Assembly (NCBI RefSeq): GCF_001194135.2
Contig: NC_069004.1
Span: 4,205,951-4,269,950 of the forward strand
Source of the DNA: Octopus bimaculoides
Taxonomy: Eukaryota
Direction: 5' to 3'
Length of the DNA: 64,000 nucleotides
Of this stretch, positions 37,877-51,407 are shown piece by piece. Every line of letters begins with the position of its first letter. Within the stretch, counting starts at the first letter, position 1. The translations under genes were made by a program, and so were the position numbers. The notes beneath the pieces were generated by a model that made no database searches, was not told where the DNA came from, and saw only the letters and a list, made by a program, of their open reading frames with translations.

Positions 37877-40148
37877 CGATAATAATAATGTTTGACGTGC
37901 CCACATGCTGGCAGTGTTATTATCAACTGTGCGAAAATGCATCAAAGTCAGGTACACAAAATGTCGGTAGAAAAACGGAAAGGAAAAACCGGGTTTAGTG
38001 GCGGGGGTGGTGGTGAATAATGGCGGAAAAGAGAGAATGAATGGGAGTTGTTGTCGGGAATTGGGTTAGAGGAGTGGTGGGAGTAGAGAGGGATAAAGAG
38101 AATCCTGTTGGAACGTTGAAATGTTGGAAAGTTACGTAAATAATAAATGTATCGTGTTAAAATGGCGGGTAGCCATGCATGACACCACTCGATGTACATA
38201 CGTACTTTTCATACAAGAACGCATTATGTATATGTATATATGTATATATATATATATATATATATNNNNNNNNNNNNNNNNNNNNNNNNNNNNNNNNNNN
38301 NNNNNNNNNNNNNNNNNNNNNNNNNNNNNNNNNNNNNNNNNNNNNNNNNNNNNNNNNNNNNNNNNNNNNNNNNNNNNNNNNNNNNNNNNNNNNNNNNNNN
38401 NNNNNNNNNNNNNNNNNNNNNNNNNNNNNNNNNNNNNNNNNNNNNNNNNNNNNNNNNNNNNNNNNNNNNNNNNNNNNNNNNNNNNNNNNNNNNNNNNNNN
38501 NNNNNNNNNNNNNNNNNNNNNNNNNNNNNNNNNNNNNNNNNNNNNNNNNNNNNNNNNNNNNNNNNNNNNNNNNNNNNNNNNNNNNNNNNNNNNNNNNNNN
38601 NNNNNNNNNNNNNNNNNNNNNNNNNNNNNNNNNNNNNNNNNNNNNNNNNNNNNNNNNNNNNNNNNNNNNNNNNNNNNNNNNNNNNNNNNNNNNNNNNNNN
38701 NNNNNNNNNNNNNNNNNNNNNNNNNNNNNNNNNNNNNNNNNNNNNNNNNNNNNNNNNNNNNNNNNNNNNNNNNNNNNNNNNNNNNNNNNNNNNNNNNNNN
38801 NNNNNNNNNNNNNNNNNNNNNNNNNNNNNNNNNNNNNNNNNNNNNNNNNNNNNNNNNNNNNNNNNNNNNNNNNNNNNNNNNNNNNNNNNNNNNNNNNNNN
38901 NNNNNNNNNNNNNNNNNNNNNNNNNNNNNNNNNNNNNNNNNNNNNNNNNNNNNNNNNATATATATATATATATATATACATATATATATGTATGTATATA
39001 TGTATGTATGTATATATATCTTTTGCAAAATATATCAAATATCCGCATATATTTATATTAATGCATCGCTGTTCTCATTCAGCTACATGGATACGTGTCT
39101 ATGTATGTATACCTCTTGTTAACCTTGTCTTTATCTATACGTACATGCTTTATACGCATACCCACATACGCACGTACATTTTTGTATTCATACATATATA
39201 TATATTCATATAAATAAATATATGATTATATATATATATATGTATATATATATATGCATTCACAAACGACGTAAAAAATGTAGATTAAATATCATGGAAA
39301 TTAAGCTGTAGATTTATGGAAGTTATCTTCTCTTCAGGAGATAAATGAACAGATATTTGTAATATTTTCGGCCAACAGCGAATGAGAAGTGGAGATAATT
39401 TTCAAGAATCGATTGTTCTCTTAAAATGACTTGTCATTCAGGAAAAGACAGTCTGATCTTCTGCAAGCCACAGTGCAGCTGTGGATATATTTTTCTGCTG
39501 TAATAGGAATTGCACACCTGTTGTCCTCGCCAGGTGTGTGACATGTATAATTTAAACAAATACATACCCCACTCACACATAAACACACGCACGCATACAC
39601 ATGCACAGACACACGCACACATAGACGTATATAGCTAGATAGATAGATATGCATACATACACAGTCACACACAGGCAAGCGCACTCACACACACACATAC
39701 ATATCCTACCACCTTATTTTTACCACTCCCCGTATACTGATCAATATTAATCAAAATAAGGTAGAAATACATACAAAATGAAGTTGAAAGTACTCACAAA
39801 ATATATTATAATTAATTAGAAGAATTTATTCAGGTCTTAAAATTTAAGTATACTGTTAATCGGTTTCCTAAGAGATTTCAAAAGTGTACACTATATAGAG
39901 CTGCGTCGCAAATTGTGTCCTTTCTGGAAGGTAGGAGTGATTTGATGGAGATTAAACTGCAATGTCTAGCATTTGCAGAGACGATTTAGAAGTTCCCTTG
40001 TTAGCAAGGTTGATTTTCGTTATTAGAAGTGATATCGTGTTGGTGATTAATGTTTATGAAAATTAGTTGGTGACAAAAGGTTAGATTTAGGTGTAAGTGA
40101 GGTCAGGTTATTTGGAGATCATCAGCTGACGTGAATCTAGTTAGAGTA

Positions 40149-40182
<34 letters not shown>

Positions 40183-42066
40183 NNNNNNNNNNNNNNNNNN
40201 NNNNNNNNNNNNNNNNNNNNNNNNNNNNNNNNNNNNNNNNNNNNNNNNNNNNNNNNNNNNNNNNNNNNNNNNNNNNNNNNNNNNNNNNNNNNNNNNNNNN
40301 NNNNNNNNNNNNNNNNNNNNNNNNNNNNNNNNNNNNNNNNNNNNNNNNNNNNNNNNNNNNNNNNNNNNNNNNNNNNNNNNNNNNNNNNNNNNNNNNNNNN
40401 NNNNNNNNNNNNNNNNNNNNNNNNNNNNNNNNNNNNNNNNNNNNNNNNNNNNNNNNNNNNNNNNNNNNNNNNNNNNNNNNNNNNNNNNNNNNNNNNNNNN
40501 NNNNNNNNNNNNNNNNNNNNNNNNNNNNNNNNNNNNNNNNNNNNNNNNNNNNNNNNNNNNNNNNNNNNNNNNNNNNNNNNNNNNNNNNNNNNNNNNNNNN
40601 NNNNNNNNNNNNNNNNNNNNNNNNNNNNNNNNNNNNNNNNNNNNNNNNNNNNNNNNNNNNNNNNNNNNNNNNNNNNNNNNNNNNNNNNNNNNNNNNNNNN
40701 NNNNNNNNNNNNNNNNNNNNNNNNNNNNNNNNNNNNNNNNNNNNNNNNNNNNNNNNNNNNNNNNNNNNNNNNNNNNNNNNNNNNNNNNNNNNNNNNNNNN
40801 NNNNNNNNNNNNNNNNNNNNNNNNNNNNNNNNNNNNNNATATATATATATATATATATATAAACATATATAACAGTAGAAATGTATGCAGTGCATTTCTA
40901 ACAATGAACTTCAGAATGACAGAGGCAATTGATAACCAAAGTAGTTCTATCTTGGACCAATAACCTCTGCATTATCTTTGAAAATTTTACAAGCCAGTAT
41001 ATAATGCAACAACGAAACACCTGATATACATTGCGATAAGAATTCGGGTAACACAGCTAGATGTGACAAATGGAGCGGACTCTGTGGAATTAACAGTGAG
41101 TAGTGTAAGTAGCTGGCTGACAATATCATCATTGTGCTATCTATACATGCTGCATGATGTATTGGCGATAGCATTATATCTTGGATTGCGTAGAAATGGT
41201 AGCCTTAGGCATTTGAGATGTTGCAGCAATGAAGTATTCTTGTTAAGAATAGAAAATATTGCGGTGGATATATTTCTATATAGCTATGCATCATCGGGTT
41301 ATCTATCTATCTATCTTTCAGTCTGTCTGTCTGTCTATTTACCTGTCCGTCTGTCTGACGTTCTGTATATATATATATATACCCATATATATCCATTAAT
41401 ATATATATACACACACAGCTTTCTAAGCGCCAGGAAAGAAGTATTCAGTTAATGCCCCCATCTGAAACGTAATCTACTCCAAAATTTGAATTCCCCATAT
41501 CTTCAAGAGACCCACCGGAACTTCTTCAAATATAACCACAGCGGTAGCCAATGTAATGGAAACAGCCATGTCTTACCTGCAACAAAGCCAATACCTTTTT
41601 GTTTGGAAAGCGAACTGACCGTTACGTAAGTTTTCCTCTATTTGTAGAGAGGTAATGCGCCTCTATCTCTCTCTTTGAGTATGTTTCTAAATTCGAGTCA
41701 AGCAGTCAAACCTTGACATTTCCTATCTCAAGGGAGTGTTTAGCGCAATACATCCAAGATATTATTTATAACTTTATGTTTGATTCGAGAACTACTGTAT
41801 GTGTGTGTGCGTGCATTTAGGTTTATCTATGCATGCATACAAATAATCATTACGTATCTAACAATCTAACTGCCTAACCATCTTCTTCTCTATTTTTATA
41901 TTACATACAAACTTACACGTTTTGCAATCGTTTCCTATCGGCTTAACTGAAAGTTAAAGGTAAGAAATTCATACTCAACAAATGTTGCATGTTAAAGGAG
42001 CTACATACTATTGAAGGCCATTGACAGCTCTCCAGCTCATCCACCATGCACACATGCATGAAATTA

Positions 42067-42127
<61 letters not shown>

Positions 42128-42720
42128 ATAGGATACTTAGCGAGGAAGTACCAAACAACGGTAGAGATATTTCAATATACTGATGTATCTTCGCAAAGTC
42201 AAAAGTACACTGGAGAAGGATTTGTGTGAATACACGTCTTAAATATATACACACGCATACATGCACACGTATATATATATATATATATATATATATGAAT
42301 GTATATATATATATGGACACAAGCATATATATACATATATACACATACATACAAATATACATATACACACACACACATACACTCACACATGCGTATATGC
42401 GTTGCTGTGTCATGAAAACCTCCGCCATGCATCGCATTAAAGTAAATTTCCAAAGATTAAATGTAGAAGCGATAGGTGTAATTAGGTGCGTCCTTGCACG
42501 CCTCTCTTCTCCTATGCTGAGTCGATATTTTAACAGATGGTATAAAGCTTTTGATAAGGCATCGTAATGAGCTAAACTTCTAAAGTGAGGGAAGCACTTA
42601 CGCATACACACACATACGCATATATATATCTATATATATTTATATATATATATATGTATATATCTGCACTTATAAATATTTATATATACATACATATATA
42701 TATATACACAAATATATTTA

Positions 42721-42767
<47 letters not shown>

Positions 42768-43869
42768 AACATACACACACATATGCTATATACATATAAA
42801 TATGCATATATGTATATATATGTACAGAGGTATATATATATACATANNNNNNNNNNNNNNNNNNNNNNNNNNNNNNNNNNNNNNNNNNNNNNNNNNNNNN
42901 NNNNNNNNNNNNNNNNNNNNNNNNNNNNNNNNNNNNNNNNNNNNNNNNNNNNNNNNNNNNNNNNNNNNNNNNNNNNNNNNNNNNNNNNNNNNNNNNNNNN
43001 NNNNNNNNNNNNNNNNNNNNNNNNNNNNNNNNNNNNNNNNNNNNNNNNNNNNNNNNNNNNNNNNNNNNNNNNNNNNNNNNNNNNNNNNNNNNNNNNNNNN
43101 NNNNNNNNNNNNNNNNNNNNNNNNNNNNNNNNNNNNNNNNNNNNNNNNNNNNNNNNNNNNNNNNNNNNNNNNNNNNNNNNNNNNNNNNNNNNNNNNNNNN
43201 NNNNNNNNNNNNNNNNNNNNNNNNNNNNNNNNNNNNNNNNNNNNNNNNNNNNNNNNNNNNNATATATATATATATATATATATACATATATATGACATAT
43301 ATATAAATACACGCACGTGTGTGTGGTCCTGTATAATTCGTGTGCGTTTCTGTCGTGCTAGACTGCATGCGAGTTTGTGCGCGCGTGTGTGTGTGTGTGT
43401 GCATCTTGAGATAAATCGTTAGAAATACGCTGCGATAGAGATGGAGAGAGAGATAGCGAGAGAGAAAGAGAGAGAGAGAGAGACAGAGAAATAGACATAG
43501 AGATGTAAAAGGTGAGAGAGTGAGAGTGAGGGTATATAGAATGTTGCCTAAATATAATTTAAATTGCATCTAATGATTCTAATGACATTAGTAGCTGGAT
43601 ATTCCGTTAAAACGGGCGAGTTTATCGATCGTTTACTCTGTCCAGAAATCAGTGTGACTTTTCAGAGTGGTGTGCATCCTTTGTTAAAGTAACTGTTAAA
43701 CTTGATTTATTACAGAGATCACGTTACCGGGTCAACGAAACGTTTACTTTACTTTCACTGAAATCAACAAGTGTATTGTTAGACAGTTAAACTGTTGTGC
43801 ACATAAATGGTTGCAAACACACACACGCACACGTGTTTATATAAATATATATGTATCAATATATATGTA

Positions 43870-43932
<63 letters not shown>

Positions 43933-44097
43933 ATACGTAAGTATGTATGTATGTATATAAGTGTACGTGTATGCGTGTGTGTGCGTATGTTTAATATACG
44001 TACATATATACATATATGTATATATATGTCTGTGTGTCTGTATATGTATATTATTATTATTGTTGTTGTTGTTATTATTATTATTATTATTATTATT

Positions 44098-44720
44098 TTG
44101 AGCCGGGGGTCTGAAGCCAGTAGGGGCATCGCCGCTAGCTTAGTTAGAGTTCCAGTACGTGAAGCCCCCTTAGATATGTGGCATTTTGTAAATGAGGGTG
44201 TATCTTGCTTTGGGATACGTTCCTCCGAACCAGTGTCTCAAACAACAATGTCCGACCTGTTGTGCTTACGCTTCATGTTTTGATGGGAATGTTCAATCAG
44301 TACTTCTTGTGCTGATATTTATGTACAATTTCAAAAGCAGGGGGATTTTCTGTATATATTCCAGAAAAGTCTTTTTACCGAATCGCATTAAATATTGATT
44401 TTGCCACAACGTCATGTCGCTTGGGGAGGTAGTACCCTAATGACAGTTTTGGATAGCTGCTAATCACATATGTGACGTCTTCTACAAAAATATGACATAA
44501 TCTACATTAATGGTTACATCTTGGAACTCCAAGAGGTTCAAGCATTTTTTGCTGATTAGGTATTTAGTAACAATCTCCTGTTCTTGGATTGCTAATGCAT
44601 AGCCTTCGAAATGTGATGAGATGTAGCAGTTACGAGTCCAAGAGAGGTTTCGTTTCAGGTCAATGCTAGTACCTTCTTTAGAGCTTCGAGAAACATTCCC
44701 ATGCATGGTCTTTTTTTTTT
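44098..44720 (-). mobile_element. R4/Dong-clade LINE remnant (third subfamily, internally deleted), ending in (TAA)n
   Basis: TMHGNVSR...LSWTRNCYISSHFEGYALAIQEQEIVTKYL; VEDVTYVISSYPKL...YYLPKRHDVVAK; NIPIKT..KHNRSDIVV. A distinct 3' UTR runs into (ATT)n at 44051-44097. Confidence 0.85.
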
Positions 44721-44771
44721 TTGGTATGCTGAACATTTTCCGCTGCAACCACCACCACTACTACTACTACA

Positions 44772-44850
<79 letters not shown>

Positions 44851-44927
44851 NNNNNNNNNNNNNNNNNNNNNNNNNNNNNNNNNNNNNNNNNNNNNNNNNN
44901 NNNNNNNNNNNNNNNNNNCACCACCAT

Positions 44928-44977
<50 letters not shown>

Positions 44978-45469
44978 ACTAACTAACTAACTAACTAACT
45001 AATACTGCTGCTGATGCTATCAGCACCACCATCTCTGCGACCAAGGTTGCCGGTCTGCCATTATCGGTTTTATCAGCACCAGTACCAACGCACCTAACAG
45101 GATCAACTCTATGCTCTTTATCCCTGCTAATCTCTCCCAGTTTAATTTCGTCTTTCATCAAATCCGAGGTCATTAATATTTGTGACCGATCTAAAAGTAG
45201 TGATGATGGCTTAACGTTGTCGTCTTCTGAGACAAGTCAGCGCCAAAATTTGATTGATGTAGACATTGTAGCTGGAGTTTAAATGCTGAAAGATTGTGTT
45301 GTGTAGTCTGCATTGTTTAAGTCGTGAATATTTGTGTTCGGACCAAATTCTTTCGCAAAGCTGTCGTCACAACGTGGCTTCATCGTTTTTTTTATATGTG
45401 TATGATGATGATGCGGGGAAAGTGAAGGCGTACGCCATGATAGATCACTGACCACTACAACTATATTTT

Positions 45470-45626
45470 TTTTGTCTCCTTGTTTCCCTCCTTGTTTCTT
45501 TCTGTGTCCCTTTCTGCTGAAGAGCGTAGGCTCGAAACGTTAAAGACTTTCTCTATTTCCGAGCGTTATATTAATACATCCATTTGTTGTTTACACCACC
45601 TGTCTTCGTCTCTTGTCTTTTTCGTA
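45470..45626 (+). mobile_element. Penelope-type terminal repeat fragment
   Basis: Contains CTGcTGA-AGAGCGTAGGCTC-GAAACGT. A hammerhead core in this layout is typical of Penelope pseudo-LTRs. Confidence 0.6.
45506..45547 (+). ncRNA. Type I minimal hammerhead ribozyme motif (A6->C core variant)
   Basis: Helix I CTTT/AAAG, core CTGcTGA, helix II GAGC-GTAG-GCTC, GAAAC, palindromic ACGT helix III, cleavage triplet GUU. Confidence 0.6.
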
Positions 45627-45921
45627 NNNNNNNNNNNNNNNNNNNNNNNNNNNNNNNNNNNNNNNNNNNNNNNNNNNNNNNNNNNNNNNNNNNNNNNNNN
45701 NNNNNNNNNNNNNNNNNNNNNNTATATATATATATATATATATATATGGCTATCATTTTAAAAGAAGTTTAAGAATAAACAGCGGAACTGATTGTAGAAC
45801 TCAATACTGCGTGAAGATACAACTTCATTACGTAATTCGTGTTGACCGGAAAGTTCCTGTTTACCTGTTTCAATCGAAACATAAAAAGGTACACAACACA
45901 AATACTAATAACACACGCACA

Positions 45922-46005
45922 TATGACATACACTATGACATACACTATGACATACACTATGACATACACTATGACATACACTATGACATACACTATGACA
46001 TACAC
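45922..46005. repeat. 12-bp minisatellite (TATGACATACAC)x7
   Basis: Seven perfect tandem copies. Confidence 0.97.
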
Positions 46006-46688
46006 TATGCACATACATAGTTCTATAGAAATGTTGTAACATTTTGATGAAAGTCACAAGTCGCCCACTAAAACATTATCTAATGTATTGACGACATAAA
46101 GAAAAGAAGTTATACTAACATGGCTGTAATACAGAGAGACGCGGCGTTTATCTGAAGATAACCGAATTATATTTTCGGTTGTAGCAAGGATAAGACCTAA
46201 AATAATCTAAAGCTGCCATACACATGACAAGGAATTGGTAAGGTCGAAACGAAAAAGAGCAATATTCCTTACATATTTAATTTCTGCTTCTTAGAAGATG
46301 CTTTAAAGAAACGGTAAAGTGTATAAGATAGTATTTGCGTAAAAAAAAAAAGAATAATATAAAGGAAAAGATAGAAATATGCATAAAAGATCGAAATGTA
46401 TAATCTTGTCTTCAAAGAAATATGCAATCGCACGCAAGCACAGACGCGAATATACATACACACACGCACACACACATACACACACATATATATATGCATA
46501 TGCGTATATGCACTGGTGCATTTAAATATTTATACAGATACATAGACAAACAACAATATACGAAGCAGTGCGACACACATGCAAACATAAATACATAATA
46601 CATACATACACACATTCATGCACAAACACATATATGCATATAATGCATGTATATATGTATATATATATATATATGCATGTATGTATAT

Positions 46689-46743
<55 letters not shown>

Positions 46744-47041
46744 AAATAGAGGTTATAATAGCCTCTTAAATGGATGGCATCAGCCAAGGATAACTGGTTC
46801 AATTATTCTTAATAATCCATGGTCAGGTAAATGAAAAATAAGAAAATGGTGATACTAAAGTTAACAAGAGTTTATTATCAGCAAAAATCGATCATTATCT
46901 CTAACAGCTGTTTCGATTTAGCACAGTAAAATTTTAAAATGTCAGAATCATATTTCTGAGCGTAATCTCATCAGGTAGGAAAAGAATACACCCTTAGAAT
47001 TTGATGAGATTAAGCTCTTGTGCCAAAATTTGAAGCAATTA

Positions 47042-47127
<86 letters not shown>

Positions 47128-47386
47128 GTTATTATGAAATAGAGTTACATCTAATGTTTTATGGAGAAATATATATCGTTCACTTCTAGGTTTTTAAAGT
47201 GTCGAAGCAGACTCAATGTTTAGAAATTAGCGTACACAAATTTCGAACCTGTTTCAGATTCAGTGTTTATGTTACATTCTGTGTGGCCTGTGGGCAGGAG
47301 GCGTTTTGTATTTGAACAATAACAGTTTTGCTACCCAACTACTAATAGTCTAAAGCACAGCTGCAATGACACACCATTTTCCTCCG

Positions 47387-47428
47387 CTGATGAAACTGTA
47401 TATACCAATCGAAACACAATGCTGTGTT
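47387..47428 (+). ncRNA. Degenerate hammerhead ribozyme motif
   Basis: Intact CTGATGA...GAAAC core, 5-bp helix III ACACA-atgc-TGTGT, triplet GUU. Helices I and II are eroded. Confidence 0.45.
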
Positions 47429-47737
47429 AAAATATACTGATATTTATATTAATAATATTGATTCTCCCGACTGCATGTAGTATACTTTGTCTGTATGTCC
47501 TTACCAATATTGCCGATCGCATTATTTTAGCTCTACTTCGGATTATTGAGCAATATGTATCTATTATATAATGATAAATCAAAAGATTTATTTGGAAATA
47601 CATGTATTAACATTCGTAATTGTCCATCTTGTAAACATTTGTTTCGTGTTACTATTAATCTTAACCAACAGAGGTTGTGAATAGTATTTCGTGCTCATAG
47701 ATTAAGTAATCACTGATGGTCTTTTTCATTTGTTATG

Positions 47738-47798
47738 GTTAGTTAAGTGGTTAGAGTGTCGGGCTTACAATCATATCGTGTTCAATTCCTGAACTACT
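47738..47798 (+). mobile_element. SINE family 3 head stub
   Basis: ggttagttaagtggttagagtgtcgggctt...gtgttcaattcctg (A/B-box-like). Confidence 0.5.
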
Positions 47799-47811
47799 TA
47801 GTTACCACAAA

Positions 47812-47912
47812 ACTTGCGCCATTACACCCTCAAGAGTTTCAGACCCCGCTTCTCTGAATTCTCTCTTGCTGTTCCCATTCAATTGCACCAGGGTCTCCAG
47901 TTTGTTGACGTA

Positions 47913-47951
<39 letters not shown>

Positions 47952-48130
47952 GTTTCACCACCAGAAAAAATCCGGGCTAGTCATGTCTGGGGAACGTGAA
48001 GGCTAGTTGACATTGTCGTAGCGGTAGACTATTCTCTCTCCAAAGCACTGCCGTAGCAACTGCACGGTTTCTCTTGTGGTATGAGCAGTTCCCCCATCTC
48101 GCTGGACCCATGGCTGAGGTCTACTTTGAA
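47812..48130 (-). pseudogene. Tc1/mariner rosa-type (DD41D) transposase remnant
   Basis: WVQRDGGTAHTTRETVQLLRQCFGERIVYRYDNVN*PSRSPDMTSPDFFWW has 41 residues between the catalytic Ds. After the (GA)n interruption it continues IYVNKLETLVQLNGNSKREFREAGSETLEGVMAQVL. Confidence 0.88.
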
Positions 48131-48362
48131 TGCTTTTTGAGGTCTAATTTGAATGGCCTTCAAGTAGTGGTAGTAGTGATGGTAGTAGTAGTAGTAGTGG
48201 TAGTAGTAGTCGCAGTGGAAGTAGTATTGGTGGTGGTGGCAGTAGTAGTAGTAGCAGTAGTGTTAGTAGTATTAGCAGTGGTGGTAGTAGTAGTAATATT
48301 ATTATTAGTCGTAGTAGTAATAGTGATGGTAATAGTAGCAGTAGTAGTAGTAGTAGTAGTAC

Positions 48363-48516
48363 TAGCACGCCGGGTGAAATACTTAGCGGTATTTCGTCTG
48401 TCTTTATGTTCTGAGTTCAAATTCCATCGAGGCTGACTTTGCCTTTCATCCTTTTGGGGGTCGATAAATTAAGTACCTCCTCTTAAATTTCAGACCTTGT
48501 GCCTATAACAGAAACG
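48363..48516 (+). mobile_element. SINE family 2, internally deleted, with (ATT)n tail
   Basis: tagcacgccgggtgaaatacttagcgg...gagttcaaattcc...gactttgcctttcatccttttgggggtcgataaattaagtac...ccttgtgcctataacagaaac. Confidence 0.9.
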
Positions 48517-48570
<54 letters not shown>

Positions 48571-48782
48571 GTCCAGTAGTTTTATTTTTATAACGTGCTT
48601 TCACTTCACTACCGAGCGCAGCTCTGTGCGCCTTGGGTATGTGCTGTGGTTTGCTGTGGTGCTCTTATGTTTACTGTATTGAAAGTGTTTTGCGTAGAAT
48701 GTGTGCAGTACCCAGTAGTGCAATTTTCTGTATGTTATATATATTTGTAAGTCCTGGTGTTTTTGTTATGTATTTGTCTGAA

Positions 48783-48785
<3 letters not shown>
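48571..48785 (-). mobile_element. R4/Dong-clade LINE, 5'-truncated 3' end within (TAA)n
   Basis: Nearly identical to 13706-13920 (two differences seen by eye). (ATT)n lies on both sides. Confidence 0.92.
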
Positions 48786-48851
<66 letters not shown>

Positions 48852-49615
48852 CATTATCATCATCATAATCTTCATTACTGCATTGGTTATGGTTGCCAAT
48901 ATTTCTATGGAATTCTCTGCTGGTGTCCAAGCGATTCAATATACAAGTGCAACGAAAACGACAAGAACAACTACAGCAGAAAACAACCACCACTACCATC
49001 TCCACCACCATCAAAACAACAACAACAGCAACAACATTTACAGTCTACTAGAATATGTACAGAGAATCAGCAGGTATTATTTGTAATATATTTAATTGTT
49101 CTTCGTTTCGTTCTTTTTTTCTTCTTCTCTCATTCTTTCGCTTTTTGTCTTCGTTTTCTTTCTATTTCGCTGTTGCTGGAGATAGTTACGAGTTTTCTTC
49201 AACTTTCTTCGGTGCCAGTTTTTGGCAGGAATTCTGTTTTGATTTTCCAATTCACTGGACGGTGTAATGGAGAATTCGATTTTCTACTCACTGACGGTGG
49301 GAAATCCATCATGTGGTTATGTCTAGTCTTCTATAACACTGTCTTTCTTACACCACTTGCAGCAGTTGTTGCTGGTGGTGTTGGCACTACTACTGCTGCT
49401 GCTGCTTCTGCTGTTGCTGTTGCTGTTGCTGCTGCTGTTACTACTGCTGCTGTTTATCCTGTTACTGTTGGTAATGATTACGATGATAATGAGGATGTTA
49501 CAGATGAAACTATAGATGGGGAATTATCTGTTGTCCCAAGATCACGAGTCTGGTTTCGCATATCGTTCACACACACACACGCACATACACACGCACACAC
49601 ACGCACACACACACG

Positions 49616-49647
<32 letters not shown>

Positions 49648-50192
49648 CACACACACTCTCTTTCACTTTCTCTCTCGCGCTCTCTCTCTCTCTTTCACTT
49701 TCTCTCTCGCGCGCTCTCTCTCTCTTTCTTCCTAAATATATGTAGGTGTGCATGTTTATATATACACAGATATAGATCTACATTTATCTAACTATCTGTC
49801 TATATATATATATTATCTAGCTAGCTAGCGAGAAGGATATGCATACACGCACACGCACATACACACATAGAAAGAGAGGGACATAAATATATAGATAGAT
49901 AGATAGATATGATGGATAGGTGGATAGATAGATAGATGCAGGTATTTTATAGGTTCAGGGGGAGGAAAGGTAAACTGTGCCTGTAGATTTGATCACCAAG
50001 CGTACATTATTGAAAGTATTACCACAAGGCATTCTAATGACTTACTTACCTACATATCTACCTACACACATACATACATACTTACTTACACACATACGTT
50101 CATACATATATATATGCATACATTCATAATATATAAATGCATATATATATACATACTTAAGTATTTATATATGTATACATATAGTTATATGC

Positions 50193-50223
<31 letters not shown>

Positions 50224-51407
50224 NNNNNNNNNNNNNNNNNNNNNNNNNNNNNNNNNNNNNNNNNNNNNNNNNNNNNTATATAATATAGATAGATAAATAC
50301 AGATAGATATGAACTTATGTTTGTATTTGTGTATATATGTATGATTTACAATTTCGTCTGCTTGTGTAATCTCCGAACGATACTTATGCAAGTACAAAAA
50401 AAGAAAAAGCACTCTGAATATTCTCCCATATAAATAATATTTTAACCCCGACTCGATATGAACAATACTTTTCTTAGACAAAATTACGTCACACTGTAAC
50501 CAACAACACATCACATCTAACAAATTTGGTTTTAACTCTTAATAATCCATTTGTTGTCTCTGAAAACTTTTCTTTTGATTTTTATGAAACAAAGAAATAT
50601 ATTTTTTGCGTATAACATTCCTATTGATCTCGGTGGCATAAATCAATCGATAAATACATGAATTATGTCCTGTTCAACTCTGTCTCACTTGTATAGGCCG
50701 TGCCATGACTATTTCTCCTTTTCCTTGTCTTTTTATGAAGCATTCCATCAGCCCTTTTTGTGATGATTGATGAAACGAAAAGTCTCCAGATTTTATTTTA
50801 GGTGCCATATTACATCGTGATTTCCGCTGTCGGAAGGACGAATGATTTAGACCAATGGCACAGTTGCTCAACGACCGTGAACTGCTATCATAACTTTCGG
50901 AATAAGGCTGCCTATAGATTTATGCATTTTGATATCCTTTTCTGCCGCTCTTCTATATGAAAATCTTATCGGAAAAACCAGGAATTCAGAATACCTTGTT
51001 ATCAAAATAATCTTGAGCGCTACAGATTCCTCTAATCAGTTAATAGGCAATGGATTTATTTTTTACGTTAATGGGGAGCTTAAATCGGCTTCTGGACGGG
51101 GATCGTATTCTAGTTTTTATCCTGGGTACTTTCGACAAATCTATAAGTCCAAACTTTTGGCATTCTACAGCTAGATATTCTCAAGTAATACTGAAAACCA
51201 CGCTATGGATAATTATTGGAATTCTGATAGTTATATTCAATGAGTTCAGTAGAAAGAAATTTTATACTGGTAGGTCAATTAACATGAGCTTCCTGAATAT
51301 TGTAGTAGACTTAAAGGTAAAGAAATATATACTACCTTTAGAAAAAGTCTAACAAGGAATTCCAACCATTTCTCAATTAGAATTTGGGACCAGTATTTAG
51401 AGAAGTA

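Noticed and set aside
40982-41290. ~100-codon plus-strand open frame
   Set aside because: No motif recognised, no convincing splice sites, and it runs into (CTAT)n.
41490-41620. Minus-strand MAVSITLATAVVIFEE, faintly like Mutator-type transposase segments
   Set aside because: Needs a frameshift and has no supporting catalytic motifs.
44995-45282. Stop-free frames on both strands and a possible minus-strand exon (DRSQILMTSDLMKDEIKLGEISRDKEHRVDPV)
   Set aside because: No recognisable homology and no linked exons; splice-like signals this short are common by chance.
46930-46978. Minus-strand CTGATGA...GAAAT hammerhead-like string
   Set aside because: Extra base before GAAA, no credible helix I, and only a 2-bp helix III.
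48633-49745. 370-aa plus-strand ORF
   Set aside because: Chimera of antisense Dong UTR, (ATT)n, (CAA)n, T-rich, (GCT)n and (CA)n repeats. No recognisable domain.
50674-50915. ~80-codon minus-strand frame
   Set aside because: Poor acceptor, no homology recognised.
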